Source: Candidatus Wolfebacteria bacterium GW2011_GWB1_47_1 (GTDB lineage: Bacteria; Patescibacteriota; Minisyncoccia; UBA6257; UBA9933). From it: a stretch of DNA of 64,000 nt. The translations under genes were made by a program, and so were the position numbers. The stretch is taken from positions 80,983 through 144,982 of the forward strand of contig CP011209.1 of assembly GCA_001029635.1 (NCBI GenBank). The letters run 5' to 3'. Positions 8,767-16,924 of this stretch are shown here, one piece after another; the stretch's first letter is position 1; each line of letters opens with the position of its first letter. Below the pieces are notes generated by a model. The model did no database searches and had not been told where the DNA came from. It worked only from the letters and a program-made list of their open reading frames with translations.

Positions 8767-10566
8767 TCATTCGGGATCGTCAGCGACGATTATCATATTG
8801 GCACCGAATTCATTCCGCGGAAGTAACGGGCTCATATCTTCCAGCGGATTTGATATCATGCGACCGTCTGACTCCTTCCTCGATGCCAACCGTGGAGCAA
8901 AACCATAGTCGGCATCCAGAATAACTTCGCACAACGCCCCTCCCTTGCTCGACAGGACATTGATAATGCCTTGTCTCATATGCACGGTCGAATCTATCCT
9001 GAAATAGTTTAGACCGTACAGATCCGCAAGCTTTGCATTGTCCGGGAAGGAGACACCACAATCCTCGTCGCACCCGATGAAATTGCCCTCGAAGAATCCA
9101 GCTTGGGTCATTCTGATCGAGTGATACCCTTGATTGTTTAGGATAAATATCTTTATCGGCAGATCGTAATGCTTGATAACCTGCAGTTCCTGAAGATTCA
9201 TCTGAATGCTACCGTCCCCTGCGAGGCAGATAACATCCCGATTACCCGCAAAAGCGGCGCCGATGGCGGCAGGTAGGTCGTACCCCATTGCCGCACAACC
9301 TGAGTTCCAGAAAATGCGCTGCCCTAGCTTAACAATACCCGCATGAAATAAACCGACACATGCCGTTCCATTCCCGGCGACTACGATGGCATTTTCATCC
9401 AGTGCGCCCGTCAGCTCCTCGATAAAATGATAGGGATGTACGGACCATTCATTCGGCTTCTTGTACTCGTCTAGAACAACAGGGTACTGCTTCTTGCGCG
9501 CCTGACACCATTCCAGCCATGGTTTATCAACCTGAAAACCTTTGGGAAGATTACCGAGAAGCTTGGTGATAAAAACGTTGGCATCGGAATGAATCAGGAT
9601 GTCGCCTTTGACCGTCGGTTTGCGCAATTCAGCCTCGTCAATGTCGACGATAATCTTTTTTGCGCGGCTGGCGAATGAAGACCAGTTGTAACTTGCCTGC
9701 CTAATGTTATTTCTAGTGCCAAGAAAAACGACGAAATCGGAGTTTTGCAACGCGAAATTTCCCGCGCGACTCCCCAAGGTTCCTATCCTCCCGATAAAAT
9801 GGTTAGATTCGGAAGCGATCAGATCGAAGCCATTGAACGTCGAGACAACGGGGATATTGATCAGGTCGACCAGTCCCAGAAATTCCTTCTGAGCCTTCGC
9901 GATCCTGATACCGTGGCCGGCGACGAGCAAAGGCCGCTTGGCCTTTTGCAATTCATCGACAACCTGGGAGATTGTTTCGTCTTCCGGAGCGATCACGACG
10001 TGCTCCATGCACTCGCCTTGCAGATTCTGCTCCTCGATCAATGCGCCTTGCACATTCAGCGGGATGTCCAGCCATACCGGACCAGGCCTCCCTGAGGTGG
10101 CGATGCGGATGGCCTTTTCTAATTCCGCTCGTATCCTCGTAGGGTCGGCGACCATTGTTGCATACTTGGTCATCGGCTTGACGATGTCAACGATGTTGAT
10201 CTCCTGATCTCCGAGTTGACGCAATCCGATGTCCGAACAGGATGCGAGAGTAGTCTCGAATTTTACCTGACCGGATAAGTAGAGCACCGGGACGGAATCA
10301 AGCCACTGTCCCAAAACTCCCGTCAAGGCATTGGTCCCTCCAGGACCGGACGTGACGCTAACAACTGCCAGATTTCCCGATACACGGGAGTACCCTTCGG
10401 CGGCGATCGCAGAAGCCTGCTCGTGATGGTTGCAGATGTATTTGATACGCCGTTCGTTCTTCAAGGCGTCATTCAAATGCATCGCCCCTCCGCCCGTTAT
10501 GACAAACACGTGCTCAACTCCATATTCGGCCAGATACTTAAAAATATAGTCAGCTACTCTCATCAT
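8767..10566 (-). CDS. thiamine-diphosphate-dependent enzyme, acetolactate synthase large-subunit-like (YerE-type two-carbon branch-forming candidate)
   Basis: 599 aa; N-terminal Pyr domain; central domain; C-terminal TPP motif GDGSIQMNLQELQ...NNQGY. Confidence 0.8.
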   Translation of the reverse strand: MMRVADYIFKYLAEYGVEHVFVITGGGAMHLNDALKNERRIKYICNHHEQASAIAAEGYSRVSGNLAVVSVTSGPGGTNALTGVLGQWLDSVPVLYLSGQVKFETTLASCSDIGLRQLGDQEINIVDIVKPMTKYATMVADPTRIRAELEKAIRIATSGRPGPVWLDIPLNVQGALIEEQNLQGECMEHVVIAPEDETISQVVDELQKAKRPLLVAGHGIRIAKAQKEFLGLVDLINIPVVSTFNGFDLIASESNHFIGRIGTLGSRAGNFALQNSDFVVFLGTRNNIRQASYNWSSFASRAKKIIVDIDEAELRKPTVKGDILIHSDANVFITKLLGNLPKGFQVDKPWLEWCQARKKQYPVVLDEYKKPNEWSVHPYHFIEELTGALDENAIVVAGNGTACVGLFHAGIVKLGQRIFWNSGCAAMGYDLPAAIGAAFAGNRDVICLAGDGSIQMNLQELQVIKHYDLPIKIFILNNQGYHSIRMTQAGFFEGNFIGCDEDCGVSFPDNAKLADLYGLNYFRIDSTVHMRQGIINVLSSKGGALCEVILDADYGFAPRLASRKESDGRMISNPLEDMSPLLPRNEFGANMIIVADDPE

Positions 10567-10723
10567 CCCATCCTCCTTTTAGCTTTCGCCTAATGACAAT
10601 CTTGTTATTTTTAGTAATGATTCTGATTCAGCAATACCATAGACTACGGTTTAAAGCAAGGATTTGCCTTAATCAAAATACGGAAGACCATATAAAAAAG
10701 AACGTTTAAATAACGAATGATTT

Positions 10724-10752
10724 AAAAAAGAGGGGCGTATTTCGCCCCCTCT
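10724..10752 (-). terminator. rho-independent terminator after B12-radical SAM gene
   Basis: GAGGGGCG-loop-CGCCCCCTC stem followed by a T-run on the minus strand. Confidence 0.6.
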
Positions 10753-10753
10753 G

Positions 10754-12406
10754 TTAAATCAGCTCATATATGCCGAATGTACTCGCATACCGTTGCCACG
10801 AGTGGTCCCGCTGTACTATCTGCTTTGCGATGCCCATATAACGACTTGCCCGTTCCACGTCGCCAAGTTTTCCATAACACTTCGACGCATAGTAATAGGC
10901 GAGCGCATGGTCGGCTCGTACCCGTATCGTGTTTTCAAACCCCTTCAGAGCAGTGGCGTAATTTCCCAATCGCAAGTCGTTATTCTCAACGAAATTCAAC
11001 TCGAGATTAAGTAAGTACACCTTTTCCTGTATCCATTCCGGAGTGAACTCGTCGGTCTCGATAACCGCCCGCTTAAAATCACTCCCAATGTGACTGCCCT
11101 TCAAATAGTTCTTGTCGACGCAGATGTCGTACATCTCGCTTCCCACAAGAGGAGCTGCCGTGTAAATACAAAACCACGAAACATCGATGCTCCTTAAAAA
11201 GGATCGAGTATCCTCGATGTCCTGTTTCGTTTCCCCGGGAAGTCCGATGAGGATGTTCGCGTCCGTATTGATTCCCAGTTTGCGGCAATCCTCAATAACG
11301 CGTTTTATCATCGCCGTATTGATCGGTTTATGCATCACCTCCTTCAAGACCCTGTCGCTTCCCGATTCCATAGCCAACACAAGCTCATCAAGCCCGGCGC
11401 TTTTTATCGCCTCGAGCATTTCTTGATCAAGTGCGTACAAGGCCAATCCGCTGTTGAAGAAGATCTTTATCTTCAACTCCCTCGCAATCTGGATTATCTG
11501 CAAGGCCCGCTTCCGATTGATCATGAAACTGTCATCCTGGAATCCGATTGTCTTGGCTCCATATTCTTTTTGAAGCCGGGTAATATCTTCCTTGACCCGA
11601 TCCACGGTGTGATAGCGCATCTTCCGTCCGTGCACCTTATGCGATGCGCAGAAACAGCACAGATGGGGGCATCCTCGTGATGTGGCGACATGAAAGATCC
11701 TTTTTTTATCCGGATCGAAAGAGGAATAGGCATTAACCGTAGGGCTTAATCCATAATCCTCAACTCTCAGGAGCTTGTAATCATAGAACGGTATTTCATC
11801 AAGATCGGAAATGAAATCGTATTGAAACTGGAATCCCGCCTCGCTTTTTCCTCGGGTGATCCACGACGGATGGGAATTCAAAAATCCCCTTTTGTCGACT
11901 GCGTTCACTAATCCCAGCAACGGCCTTTCGCCTTCGCCATAACACAACGCGTCGAAACACGAAGTGACGGCAAAGATCTCCCGGTGCATGATGGTGGGGA
12001 CCCCGCCTCCGGCAATCATCATCGCATCCGGAAATGCGCGCCGCGCCACCTCGGAGATGGCGACCATGTTATGGTACGCGGGAGTGAACAGGGTCGATAT
12101 CCCGATGATGGTCGGATCGAAATCCAACCATTCCTTTCCAGAAAGAACCTCAAGGAACATTTCCGAAAAAGATTTGTAGATGAAATTATCGGTCTTATTC
12201 AGAATAACATTGAAGTCGAGGAGTTTTACCTCGACCGAAGAATGTTTTTTTAAATAAGCACTGAGAGACAAGAGTCCGATGGGCATATCCGTGACTACGC
12301 TGCCGTAATCCCCCGATTTCTTGGAAACAATCCTTTCGCTCGGGAGCGGGTTCACGTAATTTTCATAGCTCACGTACGGTGGCACTACAAATAGAATTCG
12401 TTCCAT
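10754..12406 (-). CDS. B12-binding (class B) radical SAM enzyme, probable C-methyltransferase, with C-terminal TPR-like tail
   Basis: 550 aa; N-terminal cobalamin-binding-like domain; CPHLCCFC (CX3CX2C) radical SAM core. Confidence 0.7.
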   Translation of the reverse strand: MERILFVVPPYVSYENYVNPLPSERIVSKKSGDYGSVVTDMPIGLLSLSAYLKKHSSVEVKLLDFNVILNKTDNFIYKSFSEMFLEVLSGKEWLDFDPTIIGISTLFTPAYHNMVAISEVARRAFPDAMMIAGGGVPTIMHREIFAVTSCFDALCYGEGERPLLGLVNAVDKRGFLNSHPSWITRGKSEAGFQFQYDFISDLDEIPFYDYKLLRVEDYGLSPTVNAYSSFDPDKKRIFHVATSRGCPHLCCFCASHKVHGRKMRYHTVDRVKEDITRLQKEYGAKTIGFQDDSFMINRKRALQIIQIARELKIKIFFNSGLALYALDQEMLEAIKSAGLDELVLAMESGSDRVLKEVMHKPINTAMIKRVIEDCRKLGINTDANILIGLPGETKQDIEDTRSFLRSIDVSWFCIYTAAPLVGSEMYDICVDKNYLKGSHIGSDFKRAVIETDEFTPEWIQEKVYLLNLELNFVENNDLRLGNYATALKGFENTIRVRADHALAYYYASKCYGKLGDVERASRYMGIAKQIVQRDHSWQRYASTFGIYELI

Positions 12407-12548
12407 CTCGCATCTCCTTTTCTATTGGTTTGGTAATGAACTCCTATCTGCCCATAAAGTACAACGACTTCTGATTTAATACAAGACCCAGAGGCAATAT
12501 GGGCAACTTTATTAAATAGCGAATATTTTAATTAAAAAGTTTTACAGC

Positions 12549-13046
12549 TTATAAATATTGCCTGTAAATAGCGTCATGAAATTTCAATAAATTGTCGGGG
12601 CAAGTTTCATGCCACTGCAAGTAGCCAGGATCGGTTTCTTTCATCCCTTTATTTTCCGGAGCAAAATCAGGCGGTAACGAACATTTATACAAGATGGAGA
12701 TAAAATGACCCCTGACATCGCGCTCCTCGTTTATTATTTGATTTATTGCCAGCGGGTTGGGGTCAAAGTCAACTTCCGTGCCTATTTCAGATTTCGCAAC
12801 CTTTTTTATTCTTGTCTCGAATGTTTCTTTAAACCTGATAATTCCGCCTGGTATATGCCATCCTTTTCCGGCGTACTGATCATCTCTCCATGCCAGGAGC
12901 GTACGACCTTTTTCGTCCTGTATTAAAAGATCGACATTGATAAGTGGAGTTGTCTCGCTGATATAATAAAAAATTTCGTCCGGCAAGCCATAGGACGGAT
13001 TCGGAACATGCTTTTTGAGAATTTCAATAGCATCTTTAATTTCCAT
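12549..13046 (-). CDS. Nudix hydrolase, GDP-mannose mannosyl hydrolase (NudD/Gmm)-like, paralog of 2960-3469
   Basis: 165 aa; GKGWHIPGGIIRFKETFETRIKKVAKSEIG. Confidence 0.65.
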   Translation of the reverse strand: MEIKDAIEILKKHVPNPSYGLPDEIFYYISETTPLINVDLLIQDEKGRTLLAWRDDQYAGKGWHIPGGIIRFKETFETRIKKVAKSEIGTEVDFDPNPLAINQIINEERDVRGHFISILYKCSLPPDFAPENKGMKETDPGYLQWHETCPDNLLKFHDAIYRQYL

Positions 13047-13130
13047 ATAAATAACTTACGCCCCCCAACAAGGCATGTCAATTTTATATTGTAGGCGATA
13101 AACCTAGCACGAGTTCATATTAAAGGTATA

Positions 13131-13159
13131 TAAAAAAACCCGCAGCAAAGCCGCGGGGG
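13131..13159 (-). terminator. probable rho-independent terminator after dehydratase gene
   Basis: CCCGCAGC-AAA-GCCGCGGG hairpin followed by T7 on the minus strand. Confidence 0.5.
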
Positions 13160-13175
13160 ATGAGGTAGAGATGTA

Positions 13176-14147
13176 TTACCGTTCCATCTTGAAGTACTTG
13201 CGATACCACATAGACGTATACTCGATGCCCTCCTCGAACGTGTATTGCGATCTCCATCCGAGGATACTAGTCGCCTTCTCGAAGCTCAGGCTTTGAGAGG
13301 GGATCTCGTTCTTCTGTGTGCTGCGGATCACATACTCACACTTTCGCTTCAACGTCTTCGCGATCGCATCGATCAACTCGATAACGGTGAAGTTGTACCC
13401 GGTGCTGAAATTGAACGCTTCGCCTTTGGAGATATCCATCTGCTCCATAAGGGCAACGTACCCGTCGGCGACGTCCTTTACGTAGACATAGTCACGGACG
13501 AACTGTCCGTCGCTGCGAAGCTCGAGCGGCTCGCAACACCAGGTAGCCCGCATGATGCCGGGCACGATACGGTTGAGGTTGAGATCCCCGGGGCCGTAGA
13601 TGTTCCCAAACCGACTGACTGCAACGGGCAGGCCATAGGTCTTCGCGTAGGTCCGCGCGATCAGGTCGGTGCATGACTTGGAGACATCATACGGATGATC
13701 TCCTGCCATCGGCGCATCCTCGGTCGCATTGTCGCACTTCTTTCCGTACGCCTTGTCGCTCGAAGCAACAACGACGCCTTTGACCATCGTCGAACGCCGA
13801 GCTGCTTCCAAGACATTCACCGTCCCCATGATGTTGGTTTCCAACGTCTCACGTGGATTGACGAATGCCGTGTTGACGATCGGCTGTGCGGCGACGTGAA
13901 AGATGTGTTCGATTTCATACCGGGTGACCACGTCAAGTACGCGTTGCGCATCCTTGATGTCGCACGTTGCGCTGACGACATGATCACCAAGCTTCTTGCC
14001 AGCGAAGTAGGACCACGGATTCGATGCTCGGCACGTGATGTGCACATGCGCACCCATGGCGATCAACTTCTCGGTCAGATGTCCTCCGACAAGTCCTGTC
14101 GCTCCGGTGACCAGAACGTTTCGGCCTCTTAAGTCGTGCTTTGTCAC
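13176..14147 (-). CDS. CDP-glucose 4,6-dehydratase-like NAD-dependent epimerase/dehydratase (RfbG/DdhB-like)
   Basis: ORF track gives 13176..14300. The track's start lies upstream of a terminator hairpin at 14243-14260. A GTG start at 14147-14145 (VTKHDLRGRNVLVTGATGLVGGHL) is preceded by AGGAGG with 6-nt spacing. Rossmann GATG motif; SxxxxxYxxxK-type catalytic region (YDVSK). Confidence 0.7.
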   Translation of the reverse strand: MTKHDLRGRNVLVTGATGLVGGHLTEKLIAMGAHVHITCRASNPWSYFAGKKLGDHVVSATCDIKDAQRVLDVVTRYEIEHIFHVAAQPIVNTAFVNPRETLETNIMGTVNVLEAARRSTMVKGVVVASSDKAYGKKCDNATEDAPMAGDHPYDVSKSCTDLIARTYAKTYGLPVAVSRFGNIYGPGDLNLNRIVPGIMRATWCCEPLELRSDGQFVRDYVYVKDVADGYVALMEQMDISKGEAFNFSTGYNFTVIELIDAIAKTLKRKCEYVIRSTQKNEIPSQSLSFEKATSILGWRSQYTFEEGIEYTSMWYRKYFKMER

Positions 14148-14235
14148 ATGCCACCTCCTGTATGCGATTGTCTTAATGCATGGATATGCTATTAGTGTTC
14201 TGACTTTTGTATAGTGATTTTTAATGAAAAAGTCA

Positions 14236-14262
14236 ACAAAAAGAGGGGCCGAAGCCCCTCTC
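14236..14262 (-). terminator. rho-independent terminator after rfbF
   Basis: GAGGGGC-CGAA-GCCCCTC perfect stem followed by a T-run on the minus strand. Confidence 0.6.
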
Positions 14263-14266
14263 ACGT

Positions 14267-15049
14267 TTACCAGACCTTCCAAAACGGATCGCACTCCCAC
14301 AGCTCATTCAGCTCAAGAACTTCCTTTTGAGTGTCCATGGGTTTCCACCTTCCCCCATGGGAAAAGACAGACAGCTCTCCGCGCTCCGCCAGCGGGATGA
14401 ACACGTGTTCGATCATCGAATCGGGGTCAATCAGGTCGAGCGCCTCGTTCTTGAACACCATGAACCCGCCGTTTACGTAGTCGGCGTGTTCGCCGCCTAT
14501 AAAGTCTTTGACCTTCGCCTGGTGAAAATCCCTAGCCTTACCGGTACTGTCATCGACGGAGATCAGGCCGAATCGCTCTTCCTTGTGTACGCCGGTGATC
14601 GTGCCGATCGTACCCTGCTTTTGATGGAACTCGACCAGCTTGATTACGTTGACATTGCCAACCCCGTCACCGTAAGTAAGCATAAAATCTTCACCACCGA
14701 GATGGCGCCGTAAGCGCCTGACGCGCTCGCCCGTAAGAGAATTCAGACCGGTTTCTACAAATGTGACTTTGAAGTCGTCGCAATCGTTGTTGTGAAACGT
14801 CAGCTCGGCGGTCTTCGTGTCGAGCGTGAAGTCGTTCAGGAATGTCCTCCAGTGCAGGAAGTATTCCTTGATCATATCGCCACGATACCCTAATGCGAGG
14901 ATGAATTCGTTATATCCGTAGTGGGCGTAGATCTTCATGATGTGCCACAAGATCGGCTTACCGCCGACGAGCACCAACGGCTTCGGCTTAAACTCCGTTT
15001 CCTCCTTCATGCGAGTGCCTTGCCCTCCGCACAGAATCACCGTTTTCAT
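14267..15049 (-). CDS. rfbF: glucose-1-phosphate cytidylyltransferase
   Basis: 260 aa; MKTVILCGGQGTRMKEETEFKPKPLVLVGGKPILWHIMKIY closely resembles Salmonella/Yersinia RfbF (DdhA). Confidence 0.85.
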   Translation of the reverse strand: MKTVILCGGQGTRMKEETEFKPKPLVLVGGKPILWHIMKIYAHYGYNEFILALGYRGDMIKEYFLHWRTFLNDFTLDTKTAELTFHNNDCDDFKVTFVETGLNSLTGERVRRLRRHLGGEDFMLTYGDGVGNVNVIKLVEFHQKQGTIGTITGVHKEERFGLISVDDSTGKARDFHQAKVKDFIGGEHADYVNGGFMVFKNEALDLIDPDSMIEHVFIPLAERGELSVFSHGGRWKPMDTQKEVLELNELWECDPFWKVW

Positions 15050-15176
15050 ATACCCCCCCTTATTCGGTTGTATCCGCTGTATGTACAGCTAGTTCTAGTT
15101 ACTGTATAAAAATTTTCTCATTAAAAGTCAAACGGTTCTTTGTTGTCCTGCTGCACTTGTTAACGATTAACCAGCC

Positions 15177-15260
15177 CAAACACCACCACCCCGAACGCAA
15201 CTCCGACATTCAAAGATTCCTTTTTTGCCACGCATTGGGATTTTCAAAAATAGTGTGCTT
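15177..15260. repeat. duplicated remnant of the 3' end of the SpoU methyltransferase gene (52 bp identical to 16424-16475, ~70% over a further 30 bp)
   Basis: Direct sequence match CCCAAACACCACCACCCCGAACGCAACTCCGACATTCAAAGATTCCTTTTT. The two copies flank the Fic gene. Confidence 0.65.
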
Positions 15261-15261
15261 A

Positions 15262-16317
15262 TTAATTTACCGCATAATTTCTCGCAGCAAAATCATATTG
15301 GGCAATAAAAATACTCTTGAACGGCGTCAGAATATTTAATTCATAGAATACAAGAACAGCCTCTCGATATTCCTGCTCGTTCACGCTGCGGTAAGAAAGT
15401 GGCGCCAAATCATATGCCAGCAAGATAGCATCAGCCAAAAGTCTACCAGTTCGCTTGTTTCCATCTTCGAATGGCTGTATATACGAAATGCCAATAACCG
15501 CCAAGAGTGCTTTTCCGTAAGGAGAATCACATTGCACTATTTTTTGAGTAAGTGCGTGTAATGCTTCAGATATCTGAAATTCATTGTCAAGAGGTCTATA
15601 AATAGAGCCAGTAACGCCAACTGCTCTTTTTCTTAAATTAAAACCCACATTAAGATCTTTTACTAAGATCTTATGCAGCTCCTCAATATCATTTTTTGAA
15701 AGACTCTTAAATCGATCAGCATTCTTGTGGACATATTCAAAGGCGCTCTTATGATTCAAGATCATCTGAGTTTCATCTTTTGTCTTCCCCGGTGCTGCAA
15801 TGTGTCGGAGAATTAACATCTCAGTATCTAGGAGACTATACGTATTTCCTTCAATCTTTGACGACTTCCAAGAAAGCTCGATAATCAGCCGCTCTAGCTC
15901 CTTTCTTCGTATGCTTTCTGGCAGATCATTGATCCTCCGCCGATATTCATGAGTCGCTTCATCAAGAACCCGCTCTTCTGTCTCATTAAAAAGAACCGTG
16001 GGCATTTCAACAAATAGATCAAAGTTATATCGGGTCATCCCATATCGATTATCGGGGTCAACTGAACAATAAGCAGAAGCGTCTATATCTGCAAAAACTC
16101 TCCCGGTCGTACTTATTGCATACGCCGTGGATCGTCCCGACCCAGAAACCCTTAACACATTCAACTTGACCAATTCGGACAAGATTCTCTTTACAGTCAC
16201 GAGAGAAATTTGCTCGCCAGATTCCTTTAAATCGGAGTATATCTGAGATGACGAAAAAGTCTCCCCTTTTAGTAAGGTTGTCACTATTAGTTGTTGTTTT
16301 TGATTCAATTGGGTCAT
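15262..16317 (-). CDS. Fic-family protein (AMPylator/adenylyltransferase-like) with N-terminal winged-HTH
   Basis: 351 aa; canonical Fic motif HPFEDGNKRTGR. Confidence 0.8.
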   Translation of the reverse strand: MTQLNQKQQLIVTTLLKGETFSSSQIYSDLKESGEQISLVTVKRILSELVKLNVLRVSGSGRSTAYAISTTGRVFADIDASAYCSVDPDNRYGMTRYNFDLFVEMPTVLFNETEERVLDEATHEYRRRINDLPESIRRKELERLIIELSWKSSKIEGNTYSLLDTEMLILRHIAAPGKTKDETQMILNHKSAFEYVHKNADRFKSLSKNDIEELHKILVKDLNVGFNLRKRAVGVTGSIYRPLDNEFQISEALHALTQKIVQCDSPYGKALLAVIGISYIQPFEDGNKRTGRLLADAILLAYDLAPLSYRSVNEQEYREAVLVFYELNILTPFKSIFIAQYDFAARNYAVN

Positions 16318-16336
16318 ATTCGTATCATTTATATAT

Positions 16337-16365
16337 AATTATCGTATCATTATGATACGATAATT
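16337..16365. promoter_or_regulatory. perfect 14+1+14 bp palindrome AATTATCGTATCAT-T-ATGATACGATAATT immediately upstream of fic start (candidate autoregulatory operator)
   Basis: Seen directly in sequence; additional half-site-like CGTATCAT / TGATACGA copies flank it. Confidence 0.55.
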
Positions 16366-16401
16366 ACAATACTTTGATACGAAAACACGCCCTGGTCTTA
16401 T

Positions 16402-16887
16402 TCACTTGGCCCTATTCAGAATCCCAAACACCACCACCCCGAACGCAACTCCGACATTCAAAGATTCCTTTTTCCCGTGCATCGGAATTTCCAAAATATG
16501 GTCTGTGCGGGCCAGGATCCCCTTTGGCAGTCCTTCTACCTCATTGCCCATTATCAGGGCTAATTTGGCCGTTTTTGGGGCGTTAAAGCCTATATACGGC
16601 ACCGAATCAGCAGATTGTTCGACTGCGCAAATGGTATACCCCTCCTTTTTTAATCTCCCTATGAGGCGAACAGCCGATTTTGAATATTCCCAAGGAATAT
16701 AATCCTCCGCACCAAGCGATACCTTGGAAATATCTTGACGCTTACGCCCAAATTGGTCGACGGGTTGTGGCGTGATGCCACACAAAAACACCTTCTTTAC
16801 ACCCGCCGCATCGGCAGTCCGGAATATGGATCCGACATTATGCGTACTGCGAATGTCGGGCAAGATGACTACGATTTCCATTCGCAA
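16402..16887 (-). CDS. SpoU-family (SPOUT) RNA 2'-O-methyltransferase, TrmL/TrmH-like
   Basis: 161 aa; size and LCGITPQPVD...ALIMGNEVEGLP...NVGVAFGVVVF match minimal SpoU (TrmL-type) methyltransferases. Confidence 0.7.
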   Translation of the reverse strand: MRMEIVVILPDIRSTHNVGSIFRTADAAGVKKVFLCGITPQPVDQFGRKRQDISKVSLGAEDYIPWEYSKSAVRLIGRLKKEGYTICAVEQSADSVPYIGFNAPKTAKLALIMGNEVEGLPKGILARTDHILEIPMHGKKESLNVGVAFGVVVFGILNRAK

Positions 16888-16924
16888 AGTATATCATAAA
16901 AGACCCGCTTAAGCGGGTCTTTTA

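Noticed and set aside
13176-14300. Full 374-aa extent of the dehydratase ORF
   Set aside because: The upstream 51 codons overlap a canonical terminator hairpin (14243-14260) and the rfbF stop. A GTG start with AGGAGG at 14147 gives a 323-aa SDR of normal length, so the longer form is likely an ORF-finder artefact (moderate confidence).
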